Shown here: one piece after another, positions 13,658-25,309 of the stretch
Layout of the letters: every line of letters begins with the position of its first letter
Numbering within the stretch: the stretch's first letter is position 1
Assembly (NCBI GenBank): GCA_964016885.1
Contig: OZ024754.1
Location: 23,312,001 to 23,376,000 of the forward strand
Length of the DNA stretch: 64,000 nt
Direction: 5' to 3'
Source: Eledone cirrhosa
Lineage: Eukaryota
Translations under genes and position numbers: made by a program
The notes under the pieces: generated by a model
What the model saw: only the letters and a program-made list of their open reading frames with translations
What the model was told of the DNA's origin: nothing
The model's database searches: none

Positions 13658-14445
13658 GGCATACGTCAAGACGGGCGGTCTGGAAAGTGAAAGTAATTTT
13701 TGACACTATGAATTTTTTTTTTTTTTTTTTTACATCAGGTCTCAATAGTGAAAGTTACGATACACACGCAATTATATGGATTTCTTAATATATATATATG
13801 TGTGGGTGTGTATTTGTTTGTTTATTTACAACAGGTCTCTATAGTGATATGGTGTTAATTAGTATTGCGTGTGCGATTTTTTTTTTTCTTTCTTTTTTTG
13901 TGTATTGTGTGTACGGAAATTTTTTTTTTAAATAATGACATTGTGTGTTTTTAAATAATGACATAAATAACTACATAGTTAGACTTTTGTTGCATATAAA
14001 ATATAAATTGACGTACCTTATGAAAATCCTTATTACACCGTATAAATAGCTGAAATACAGTTGATCATCTCGCCAAACTTGTTGGTGATCCGACCTTAAT
14101 TTCTTTGGGGACAGAGAGTTGGTGCCAACAAGTTTGGCTAGATGTACAAACACATATATACACACAAACATATACATACGTCTAAACCCATGCTTGCGTG
14201 GAAGATAGACGTTAAACGATGATGATGACACAAACACATATATATATACAAACACACATATATATATACATACAGACACACACATATACACACCCACACA
14301 TATATATATATTAAGAAATCCATACAATTGCGTATGTATCGTAACTTTCACTATTGAGACCTGTTGTAAAAAAAAAAAAAAAAAAAATTCACAGTGTTGT
14401 CAAAAATTACTTTCACTTTCCTGACCGCCCGTCTTGACGTATGCC
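13658..14445. mobile_element. Non-autonomous TIR DNA transposon (MITE, possibly Mutator-like)
   Basis: ~155-bp terminal inverted repeats starting GGCATACGTCAAGACGGGCGGTC (13658-~13813 / ~14288-14445); no ORF; no clear TSD. Confidence 0.7.
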
Positions 14446-14590
14446 CACATTCTCAAAAGCACCCTCTGTATTATATGTAATTTTTCATGTTTGAACTTAA
14501 GGTATATAAATATCGAGTTTTGTCATAACTAATCACTGCTATGACTAAATTATAACCATCAACATAGTCAAGGTATATCAGGCATCAACT

Positions 14591-14656
14591 TATTTTATCT
14601 GATGAGGACGTACTGTTGAAATAGCTCAGAACCTTTGAAATATGTCTAATAAAATA
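14591..14656 (+). ncRNA. Degenerate minimal type I hammerhead motif in a pLTR-like remnant (~14450-14815)
   Basis: TATTTTAT-CTGATGA-GG...CCTTT-GAAA-TATGTC-TA-ATAAAATA. Helix I is a perfect 8-bp stem; helices II and III are imperfect. Confidence 0.6.
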
Positions 14657-14815
14657 TATTTGATCACATGAATGTCTATATTTATTAATATTTTGAAGTA
14701 ATATTAATAACTCCAGAAAACCTTTTTGTAGAGTGCTTCTAATCTATTGTGAAACTATATTCATTGCTGAATTCATTGAACCTTGTTAAACTTTTAATTA
14801 TATATAGAATTTTAG

Positions 14816-14846
<31 letters not shown>

Positions 14847-15168
14847 AATTAATATATCTACCGACATATGTATACAGATGCATACCTATGCTAGCAAATA
14901 TATATGTTTTGTCTTAGTAACTTTGTGGTTCAATGCAGGGGGATGCAGAACAATTATATGAAAGACGTAAATAAGAAAGTTATGAAAATTGACTTACTTA
15001 CTAAAATTTCACTCCAACTAATTAGTTTCTGTAAGGGGATAAATATAGTTACGTAACAAGTAGGCAGTGAATTTTTCAATGTCTTGGAATCTAGCCCCGC
15101 TCGCTTTTTTCCATCCACTGAATTATTTTTATATAAGTTCCCAGTGTCCCCGCATTGCCTGAGAATAG

Positions 15169-15249
15169 ACTCCCTGATAACGTAAGGCTTCTTTATAGTT
15201 ATATTACGTAACTATATGTATCCCCTTACAGAAACTAATTAGTTGGAGT
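15169..15249 (+). ncRNA. Type I hammerhead copy with G8A core substitution (CUGAUAA)
   Basis: Same fold as 15694-15774. Confidence 0.6.
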
Positions 15250-15693
15250 GAAATTTTAGTAAGTAAGTCAATTTTCATAACTTTCTTATTTAGGTCTTTC
15301 ATATAATTGTTCTGCATCCCCCTGCATTGAACCACAAAGTTACTAAGAGAAAACATATATATTTGCTAGCATAGGTATGCATCTGTATACATATGTCGGT
15401 AGATATATTAATTCTGTATAATTATCTCCAAATTGTTTGTTGAGCAAAATTTGCCGAAATTACTACTGTGACTGATAGTAGTGGCTAGGCTCTGTCTTAA
15501 TAGCACCCCCACTCCTGGCTGATTAACCTCAGTGTCACGTGATTGATTATTTTGAATTTGCCACTTGAACAAGTAGGCAGTGAATTTTTCAATGTCTTGG
15601 AATCTAGCCCCGCTCGCTTTTTTCCATCCATTGAATTATTTTTATATAAGTTCCCAGTGTCCCCGCATTGCCTGGAAGCTTAGCTGATAATAG

Positions 15694-15774
15694 ACTCCCT
15701 GATGACGTAAGGCTTCTCTATAGTTATATTACGTAACTATATTTATCCCCTTACAGAAACTAATTAGTTGGAGT
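15694..15774 (+). ncRNA. Type I hammerhead ribozyme
   Basis: ACTCC/GGAGT helix I; CTGATGA; GTAAGG/CCTTAC helix II with distal TATAGTTA/TAACTATA stem; GAAA; palindromic CTAATTAG helix III; GUU cleavage triplet. Confidence 0.8.
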
Positions 15775-15812
15775 GAAATTTTAGTAAGTAAGTCAACTTT
15801 CTTATTTCCGTC

Positions 15813-15881
<69 letters not shown>

Positions 15882-16849
15882 TATACGTATGTATGTATAT
15901 GTGTGTATATGTGTATGTTTGTTTACTAAGGTGTATGACTTGTTGACAAACTCCTAACTCCTTTCCCGGGGTTGAATGTGTGTGTGTGTATATATATATA
16001 TGTGTGTGTGTGTGTGTGCGCGTGTATATATGTATATATATATATATGTCAGTCGATGCGACCAGATTTCAATACAGCAACAACAACAACTACAACAGCA
16101 ACTACAACAACAACACCAACTACAACAACAGCAACAACACCATTGTCTGTGGTGAATGTGTGTGTATGTATGTATATATGTATATGTGCGTCAGTCAAAC
16201 AACCAGATTTCAACCCCAACATCTACAACAACAACACCGGCACTAACGTTTACAGCAACAACAGCTTCAGAATGAAATGAAATGAACATTTACAACAACA
16301 ACAGTGGCATCAAATGATTTTTAAAAAAAAACACACACAAAAAAAAGAAAAAAGAGAAAATAACACACACACACAACAACACAACAACAACATCAACTGT
16401 GTGTTTGTTTGTATGCATGAGTGTTGGTGTGTGCACGCGTATGTATTCGTGTGTATGCGCGTGTGTGTAGTTACCGATGATTTTGTTCTTTTCTTCTTTT
16501 CGGGTTATAACTACTGTCACTCAGAGAGTGGGATTGGCTCAGTGCACAGTCTTTGCTCACTTTAAAAATATTTTTTACGCACAGGCCTTTCACTATTGCA
16601 TTAATTAATAATTATTAATAGTGTATTATTATTAGGCGGTGGATTGGCAGTATCGGTAGAGGGTCGGATACCATGCTTTGAAGCATAGAGTTACCTCCCT
16701 GAATGATCTGAGTTCAAATCCCGCCGAGGTTAACTTTGCCTTTCATCCTTCCGGGGTCGATAGAATAAAGTACCAGTAATGCATTGGTAAATTGCTGGCC
16801 TTGTGCCAAAAGTAGAAACAATTATTATTATTATTATTATTGTTGTTAT

Positions 16850-19800
16850 TGTTCTTTGTGTCTCAGTCATTGATGTTATTTAACTAGAAAGTTTGTTGAA
16901 ATGAATATCAAGCCACTACCTGCAGCCTCAGATATTCAGGACGTATCGGAGGGTTCTTGCTGTTTCCAGCAAGCATGTCTTTTTTAGTGTTCCAAAAATC
17001 GGGGCGGGACCAAATTTCTTTAACCATCCTTGGAAACTCTTTGAGATAGTAACTAGTGCGCCTATGACAATCGGGACCACTTTGACCTCATGGCAGTTCC
17101 AAATACTTTTTACGTCCTGGTATCCACTTTAAGACCTGGTATCGGTTAATTTTCTCCCTCTCCTTCTCTTGCACTCCCGTGTCGAATGGGCAGGCTACAT
17201 CCACAATCAGGCACGATCTTTTTCCCTTGTCCAAAACCACCAGGTCAGGTCTATTGTGTTCCAGTGTCTTGTCCATCTGTATCCTAAAATCCTACATCAC
17301 CTTCACCTGATCGTTTTCCATCACCGACTCTGGCTTAAGCTCATACCACTTCTCAGAATGTGGTAAATTGTTTACTTTGCATAGGTGCCAGTGGATCACC
17401 CTGCCCATCACATCATGTCTCCAGCCTTTATAGTGAGCCTGGGCTAGGTGTTTACACTCGGATACAATGTGAGCCACAGCCTCCTCTCTCTTTCCACAGA
17501 TCCTACACAGTGAGCTAGCCTCCACCTTGTAAATATGGTGTTTCAACCACTTCGTTTTGAGGGCCTGCTCCTGCGCAGCCATTAACGTTCCTTCTGTAGC
17601 CTTTTTAAGGTCTCCTCTTTTCAACCAGTTCCATGTCTGTGGATCTCTAAATTCAGTTTTCTCAAAGAAGGTATTATGAAGGGATTTTTCATGAAGGTTG
17701 CTCTTTCTCCTTGTTGTTATTTCCTCCTTGGACATCCCCTGGCCTATTGTCCCCTCCTTCAGTACAGTTCTGAGCATTGGCTCCCTACTATCAGTCACGT
17801 ATTTGTGTAGGTTGTTTTTCTCCATCTGAACACAGTCCTCTATGCTGATAAGACCTCTTCCACCTCCAGATCTCCTTAAGTAGAGTCTATCGACATCACT
17901 CCTCTTGTGGAACATGTTGTAGATAGTCAATAGCTTCCTAGTCTTCCTATCCATTTCTTTTTGTTCAGCAACATTGCATCTCAGAATTCCCGCACTGTAC
18001 CTAATAATAGACACAGCTCGGGAATTTACTGCGCTTATGGCATTCCTACTGTTCAGATGTGACTTTAATACGCTCCTTACTCTCCGAATGTATTCAGATC
18101 TTATCAATCCCTTCATTTTTTTGTTCTTGATGTCATCAGCCTCCAGAACACCTAAATATCTGTATCCTTCTTCAGTATCAATTTCCTTTATCATCTCACC
18201 TGTTGGTACCTGGATTCCGTTGCTTCTGCTCAATTTACCCCTCGTCATCACAAGGACTCCACACTTACTAATACCAAATTGCATACATATATCATTGCTG
18301 AAAATACGGACAGTGTCAACAAGCACATCCAACTCCTTCTCACTCTTCCCGAAGAGCTTAAGATCGTCCATGAAGAGGAGGTGATTGATGGTAAGCTCTC
18401 TCTTTCCCAACCTGTATTCTGCTCTCACTTTTCGCAGTATAATGGTCAGGAGGATCAGGGCAAGGATAAACAACAGAGGGGTCAAACTAACTCCTTGGAA
18501 GATACCTCTCTTGATCCTCACGCCTCCCAAGGATTCTCCGCCCGATGTTAACTCTGTTTTCCAGGACTTCATACTTTTGCTCAACAACTGTCTTATGTTA
18601 TCTGCCACCCCGAAGATCTCTAGGCTTTTGGTTATCCAAGAATGAGGTACCATGTCGAATGCCTTTTTGTAGTCTATCCATCCCATGGCAAGACCAGTGT
18701 GTCTCCTCCTGCAATTCCTCATTACCATCTTATCAATAAGTAACTGGTCCTTTGTACCACGGGACTTCTTTCGGCATCCTTTCTGTTCGTCCGGTAACAA
18801 GTTGTTTATGTGGAGGTGATGGTAGATTTCCTCAGACACAATGCTTGTTAACAGTTTCCACATTACGGACAGACATGTGATAGGTCTATAGTTGGTAACA
18901 TCATTACCCTTGGTTCAGTCTTTCATTACCAGAACTGTGGTACCTTTTGTCAACCACTCTGGTACCTCACCTGACATCAAGCAGTCATTGATTATAGTTG
19001 TCAGTTTCGGGCGGAGGGATGTTATATTTTTAATCCAATACCCCTGCACACCATCTGGGCCTGGTGATTTCCAGTTGGTTAGTTTTTTGGCCTGCCCCTT
19101 AAGAGTTTCAACTGTGATACTCAAATCAGTTTGTTGGTGTGCCTGTTCACTAATCTCCTGTTGTACTGTCTCAATCCACACTGCCTGATCATTATGTTCA
19201 ACATCCTGCTCCCATATTCCTCTCCAGAATGTCTTAGTTTGTTCCCCCTCAGGGATCAAGTCGTTGCCTCTTTCTTTCCCTTCAAGCTGTCCAAACAACA
19301 TCTTTTGGTTGTTGTCAAACATGCGGTTCTGTCTATACTGACTGACTTTGCTCTCGTATTGCCTGATTTTTGCACTCTTTGCTACAATGCGTTGCTTCAG
19401 TTCCTCTATGATAATAATTAGCTTTTTCCTCCTAGTTTTGTACTTTATTTCCAGTCTATTTTTAGTGTCTATGTTTTGTAGTGTCCAATTCAGTAGGGAC
19501 TCAAGCTTTCCAATGTCATTTCCCTGATTTGACCATTCAGTCGTTTCTTCCACTAAGGTTCTGATCTTTCTTGTTTGTTGTTTCCTCTCGCTTTTATGCC
19601 AAGTAATTTCCTCACCGCATTTGCTGTTGCTTTGAGGACATTGTTGCACTGGTGAAGGTTCCTCTGTCTACAAATCTTAGGTTCATAGGTTTCCCACTAT
19701 CATTGTTCATTTCATCTACCACCAAGTTTAGGATATCAACCAAATCTTTTCCTAGCCCGTCAGCATTCATTTCCTCAATGGCCGTATCTTTGTTCCGGGT

Positions 19801-20545
19801 ATTATTTATTTCAGTATCGAGATCATTGTCTGCTTCGGATGCTTCCTCCGTTCTCTCAACCTCTTCACCTTCATTTCCCACTGGCTCGTTTGCCTGGCAT
19901 ACTCCACTCTCCATTTCCAATCTAATCTCTCTGCTGAGTTTCTTCAGTTCCAGCTCGCTTATCCACCCAATTTTTGTTCATCTAATTTAAATAGACCAAT
20001 CTCGTTCCAGATGCTATGCATCCGTTTCCTATAGCCTTTTTCCTTGGGGTTACTCTTCAGGTAACATTGCATAACAGTTCTATTCAATTCTTTCGTCCAG
20101 TTGGTTCTGGTCCCTTTCCTTCTTCTTCTTCCTCCAACACCAGCAGTATTTGGATGAGAGCCAGGTCCCTGCTGCTGGGCCAGGGAGCACCTGCTGGGTG
20201 AGAGTCTGTCACATGACATTCCAGTCTCTACTTCACCGTTATTCGAACTGTTTAGGTTCGACGTTTAAACACTCATATCGAGGATTGGTGAATGTATGGT
20301 TACATAACCACCGGTGATTTCATCACCCCCAGTGATTTGATCACCCCCAGTGATTTGATCACCCCCGGTGATTTTAGCGTGGCACTATCACGCTGTAGAC
20401 GAACATAAATAAATAAACAAATAAATAGGTAAAAACTTTAAAAAATAAGCATAAGTTTCATTGTAATGTAATGTTTGAATGTCTGACTTAGTTTTTTGTT
20501 TGTTTGTTTGTTTTTCTTTTCTTTTTTCTTTTCTTTACGTTTTTC
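16850..20545 (-). mobile_element. Dong/R4-type non-LTR retrotransposon (RT + CCHC + restriction-like endonuclease), decayed copy A
   Basis: ORF fragments 19959-20219, 19612-19920, 18915-19649, 17292-18863 (DYKKAFD, LFMDD, CRICGx7HxxxxC, RHD), 17088-17276 (NRPDLV..IVDVACP); (TAA)n at the 3' end. Confidence 0.88.
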
Positions 20546-21346
20546 GTTGCTGCTGTGCTGTTTTGATTTTGATTTTTGATATTTTGATTTTTTGACTGGG
20601 TCATCAAATCAGTCTATTTATATCTGTTGATACCTTCCTCACTTAGTGGGAATACTACGATCCCTCTGTCTTAGCATGAGGTAGTGGGAGAGAATAGCGG
20701 CGGTAGCGATAATAAGGCAGTGGTGGTGGTGGTGATGTGATAGTAGTACTTAGCAGGAGATAGTGAGAGAGAATAGCGGCGGTAGCGATAATGAGGCAGT
20801 GGTGGTGGTGGTGGTGGTGGTGTGATCGTAGTACTGTAGTGATGGTGTTGAAGTTGAAGTAGAAATAGAAGTTGAAGTAACAGTTGGCTTGGCTATATTT
20901 TTTGGTGTCGTAGTGGTGATGTGATTGTTGGCTTGGCTAGATTTTTTTGGTGGTGGTGGTGATGTGATCGTAGTACTGTAGTGATGGCGTTGAAGTTGAA
21001 GTAGAAATAGAAGTTGAAGTAACAGTTGGCTTGGCTAGATTTTTTGGTGTGGTAGTGGTGATGGTGGCGGTGGTGGTGTTGGTGGTGAAATTATTTGCCT
21101 ATCTGTGCACGTAGCGATTTTCCTCTTTTTTTACTATAACATTAAATATGATCCAAAATTAAATATGAAATATTGGGGCCCTATGCCATAATGTGATGCG
21201 TTGTCGCTTGGTGAGAGTCAAAACTGTAATCTTATGTTTCATTTGTAATAAGAATTATTCTATCACAGTTGTTTTAAATATGTAAAAATCAAAAACATAC
21301 GGGAGCGATCCCATAACAATATATCCACCATGTGCGTTTTCTTCCC

Positions 21347-21402
<56 letters not shown>

Positions 21403-21410
21403 GTTATTAC

Positions 21411-24400
21411 TCCTTGAGTCTCAGTCATTGATGTTAGTTAACTGGAAAGTTTGTTGAAATGAATATCAAGCCACTACCTGCAGCCACAGATATTCAGGAC
21501 GTATCGGAGGGTTCTTGCTGTTCCCAGCAAGCATGCCTTTTGAAGCGTTCCAAAAAGCGTGAAGGGGCCGATTTTCTTTAACCATCCCTGGAAACTTTTG
21601 GAGATAGTCCCTAGTGCGCCTATGACAATCGGGATCACTTTGACTTCATGGCAGTTCCAAATCCTTTTTACCTCCCACTTTAAGTCCTGGTATCGGTTAA
21701 TTTTCTCCCTCTCCTTCTCTTGCACTCTCGTGTCGAATGGGCAGGCCACATCCACAATAAGGCACAATCTTTTTTCTTTGTCCACAACCACCAGGTCAGG
21801 TCTATTGTGTTCCAGTTTCTTGTCCGTCTGTATCCTAAAATCCCACAGCACCTTCACCTGATCGTTCTCTATCACCGCCTCTGGCTTATGCTCATACCAT
21901 TTCTCAGAATGTGGTAAATTGTTTACTTTGCATAGGTGCCAGTGGATCACCCTGCCCATCACATCATGTCTCCAGCCCTTATAGTGGGTCTGGGCTAGGT
22001 GTTTACACTCGGATACAATGTGAGCTACAGTCTCCTCTCTCTCTCTCCACAGATCCTGCACAGTGGGCTAGCCTCCACCTTGTAAATATGGTGTTTCAAC
22101 CACTTCGTTTTGAGGGCCTGCTCCTGCGCAGCCATTAACGTTCCTTCTGTAGCCTTTTTAAGGTCTCCTCTTTTCAACCAGTTCCATGTCTGTGGATCTC
22201 TAAATTCAGTTTTCTCAAAGAAGGTACTATGAAGGGATTTTTCCTGAAGGTTGCTCCTTCTCCTTGATGTTATTTCCTCCTTGGACATCCCCTGGCCTAT
22301 TGTCCCCTCCTTCAGTACAGTTCTGAGCATTGGCTCCTTACTATCAGTCACGTATTTGTGTAGGTTGTTTTTCTCCATCTGAACACAGTCCTCTATGCTG
22401 ATAAGACCTCTTCCACCCTCAGATCTCCTTAAGTAGAGTCTATCGACATCACTCCTCTTGTGTAACATGTTGTAGATAGTCAATAGCTTCCTAGTCTTCC
22501 TATCCATTTCTTTTTGTTCAGCAACATTGCATCTCAGAATTCCCGCACTGTACCTAATAATTACTGCGCTTATGGCATTTCTGCTGTTCAGATGTGACTT
22601 CAATACGCTCCTTACTCTCCGAATGTATTCAGTTCTTAACAATTCCTTCATTTTTTTTTTCTTTATGCCATCAGCCTCCAGAACGCCCAAATACTTGTAT
22701 CCTTCCTCAGAGTCAATTTCCTTTATCATCTCACCTGTTGGTATCTGGATTCCGTTACTTCTGCTCAACCTACCCCTCCTCATCACAATGACTCCACACT
22801 TATTAATACCAAATTGCATACATATATCACTGCTGAAAATACGGACAGTGTCAACAAGCACATCCAACTCCTTCTCACTCTTCCCGAAGAGCTTAAGATC
22901 GTCCATGAAGAGGAGGTGATTGATGGTAAGCCTTCCCTTTCCCAACCTGTATCCTGCTCTCACTTTTCGCAGGTAAGGGACATCAGGGCAAGGACAAACA
23001 ACAGAGGGGACAGGCTATCTCCTTGGAAGATACCTCTCTTGATCTTCACGCTTCCCAAGGATTCTCCAGTTGATGTCAACTCTGTTTCCCAGGACCTCAT
23101 ACTTTTGCCCAACAACTGTCTGATGTTATCTGCCACCTTGAAGATCTCCAGGCTTTTGGTGATCCAAGAATGAGGCACCATGTCAAATGCCTTTCTGTAG
23201 TCTATCCATCCCATGGCAAGATCAGTGTGTCTCCTCTTGCAATTCCCCATTACCATCTTATCAATAAGTAACTGGTCCTTTGTACCACGTGACTTCTTTC
23301 GGCATCCTTTCTGTTCGTCCGGTAACAAGTTGTTTGTGTGGAGGTGATGGTAGATTTCCTCAGACACAATGCTCGTCAACAGTTTCCACATTACGGACAG
23401 ACATGTGATAGGTCTATAGTTGGTAACATCATTACCCTTGATTCGGTCTTTCATTATCAGAACTGTGGTACCTTTTGTCAACCACTCTGGTACCTCACCT
23501 GACATCAAGCAGTCATTGAACACGGTTGTCAGTTTCGGGTGGAGGGATGATATATTTTTAATCCAATACCTCTGCACACCATCTGGGCCTGGTGATTTCC
23601 AGTTGGTTAGTTTTTTGGCCTGCCCCTTAAGAGTTTCAACTGTGATACTCAAATCAGTTTGTTGGTGTGCCTGTTCACTGATCTCCTTCTGTACTGTCTC
23701 AATCCACACTGCCTGGTCATTATGTCTAACATCCTGCTCCCATATTCCTCTCCAGAATGTTTTAGTTTGTTCCGCCTCAGGGATCAAGTCGTTGCCTCTT
23801 TCTTTCCCTTCAAACTGTCCAAACAGCATCTTCTGGTTGTTGTCGAACATGCGGTTCTGTCTATACTGACTGACTTTGTTCTCGTATCGCCTGATTTTTT
23901 CACTCTTTGCTACAATGCGTTGCTTCAGTTCCTCTATGATAATAATTAGCTTTTTCCTCCTAGTTTTGTACTTTATTTCCAGTCTATTTTTAGTGTCTAT
24001 GTTTTTTAGTGTCCCATTCAGTAGGGACTCCTGCTTTCCAATGTCATTTCTCATTTCCCTGATTTGACCACTCAGTCGTTTCTTCCACCAAGGCTCTGCT
24101 CTTTCTTGTCTGTTGTTTCCTCTCGCTCTTATACCAAGTAGTTTCCTCACCGTATTTGCTGTTGCTTTGAGGATATTGTTGCACTGGTGAAGGCTCCTCG
24201 CCTCAGGGTATGGGATGACTTTGTTTACCTTAGCTGTTGTTTCTTTTAACTTTTTCCTGTCTACAAATCTTAGGTTCATAGGTCTCCCACTATCATTGTT
24301 CAATTCATCTACCACTAAATTTAGGATATCAACCAAATCTTGTCCTAGCCCGTCAGCATTCATCTCCTCAGTGGCCGTATCTCTGTTCCAGGTATTATTT

Positions 24401-25172
24401 ATCTCAGTATTCAGATCATTGTCTGCTTCTGGTGGTTCCTCCGTTCTCTCGACCTCTTCACCTTCATTTCCCACTGGCTCGTTTGCCTGGCATACTCCAC
24501 CCTCCATCTCCAAGCCAATCTCTCTGCCCAGTTCCTCCAGTTCCAGCTCGCTTATCCACCCATTAGTTCTTATTACCCGAGCCTGCCCTGCCAATTTTTG
24601 TTCATCTAATTTAAATAGACCAATCTCGTTCCAGATGTTATGCATCCGTTTCCTATAGCCCCTCTCCTTGGGGTTACTTTTCAGGTAACATTGCATAACA
24701 GTTCTATTCAATTCTTTCGTCCAGTTGGTTCTGGTCCCTTTCCTTCTTCTTCTTCCTCCGACACCAGCAGTATTTGGTTGACAGCCAGGTCCCTGCTGCT
24801 GAGCCAGGGAGCACCTGTTGGGTGAGAGTCTGTCACATGACGTTCTAGTCTCCATTTCACCGTTATTCGAACTGTTTAGGTTCGACATTTAAACACTCTT
24901 ATCGAGGATTGGCGAATGCATGGTTACATAACCACCGGTGGATTCACCGCCTCCGGTGGTTGCGTCACTCCACGTGGCTCTTGTGTAGCATTATCACGCT
25001 GTAGACGAACACAAATAAACAAACAAACAAACAGGCAGAAAAAACCCCAAAAATGAATAAGCATAAGTTTCATTGTAATGTAGTGTTCGAATGTCTGACT
25101 TAGATTTTCCCTTCCTTTCTCTGTTCGTCCGTTTGTTTCTCTCTTCATTCTTATTTTCTTTACGTTTTTTTT
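21411..25172 (-). mobile_element. Dong/R4-type non-LTR retrotransposon, near full-length copy B with two frameshifts, flanked by (TAA)n
   Basis: ORFs 22960-24888 (642 aa), 22025-22963 and 21474-22061 form one RT-CCHC-RLE protein ending KACLLGTARTLR. TAA tracts at 21346-21410 and 25172-25217. Confidence 0.9.
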
Positions 25173-25309
25173 TATTATTATAATAATTATTATTATTATT
25201 GTTACTATTATTATTACTCTTTTTTCCCAATTCAATGATGTTCCAAAATAATATAAAAGGGATAATTGGCAATAAAGTTTCTGGAACAAAAGAGATAATT
25301 GGCAATAAG

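Larger units (their letters stand above)
14843..15817 (+). mobile_element. Non-coding retrozyme-like / non-autonomous PLE element: inverted 5' segment + ~1.5 tandem units, each with a hammerhead, in (TA)n
   Basis: ~14845-15056 is the reverse complement of ~15204-15416. ~15055-15300 repeats at ~15568-15817. HHRs are 525 nt apart and TA tracts flank both sides. Confidence 0.75.

Noticed and set aside
24889-25172. HDV-like ribozyme or intron in the 5'UTR of the Dong/R4 LINE
   Set aside because: I could not build the nested double pseudoknot by eye. An acceptor-like tract exists but no canonical donor; this needs a descriptor search.
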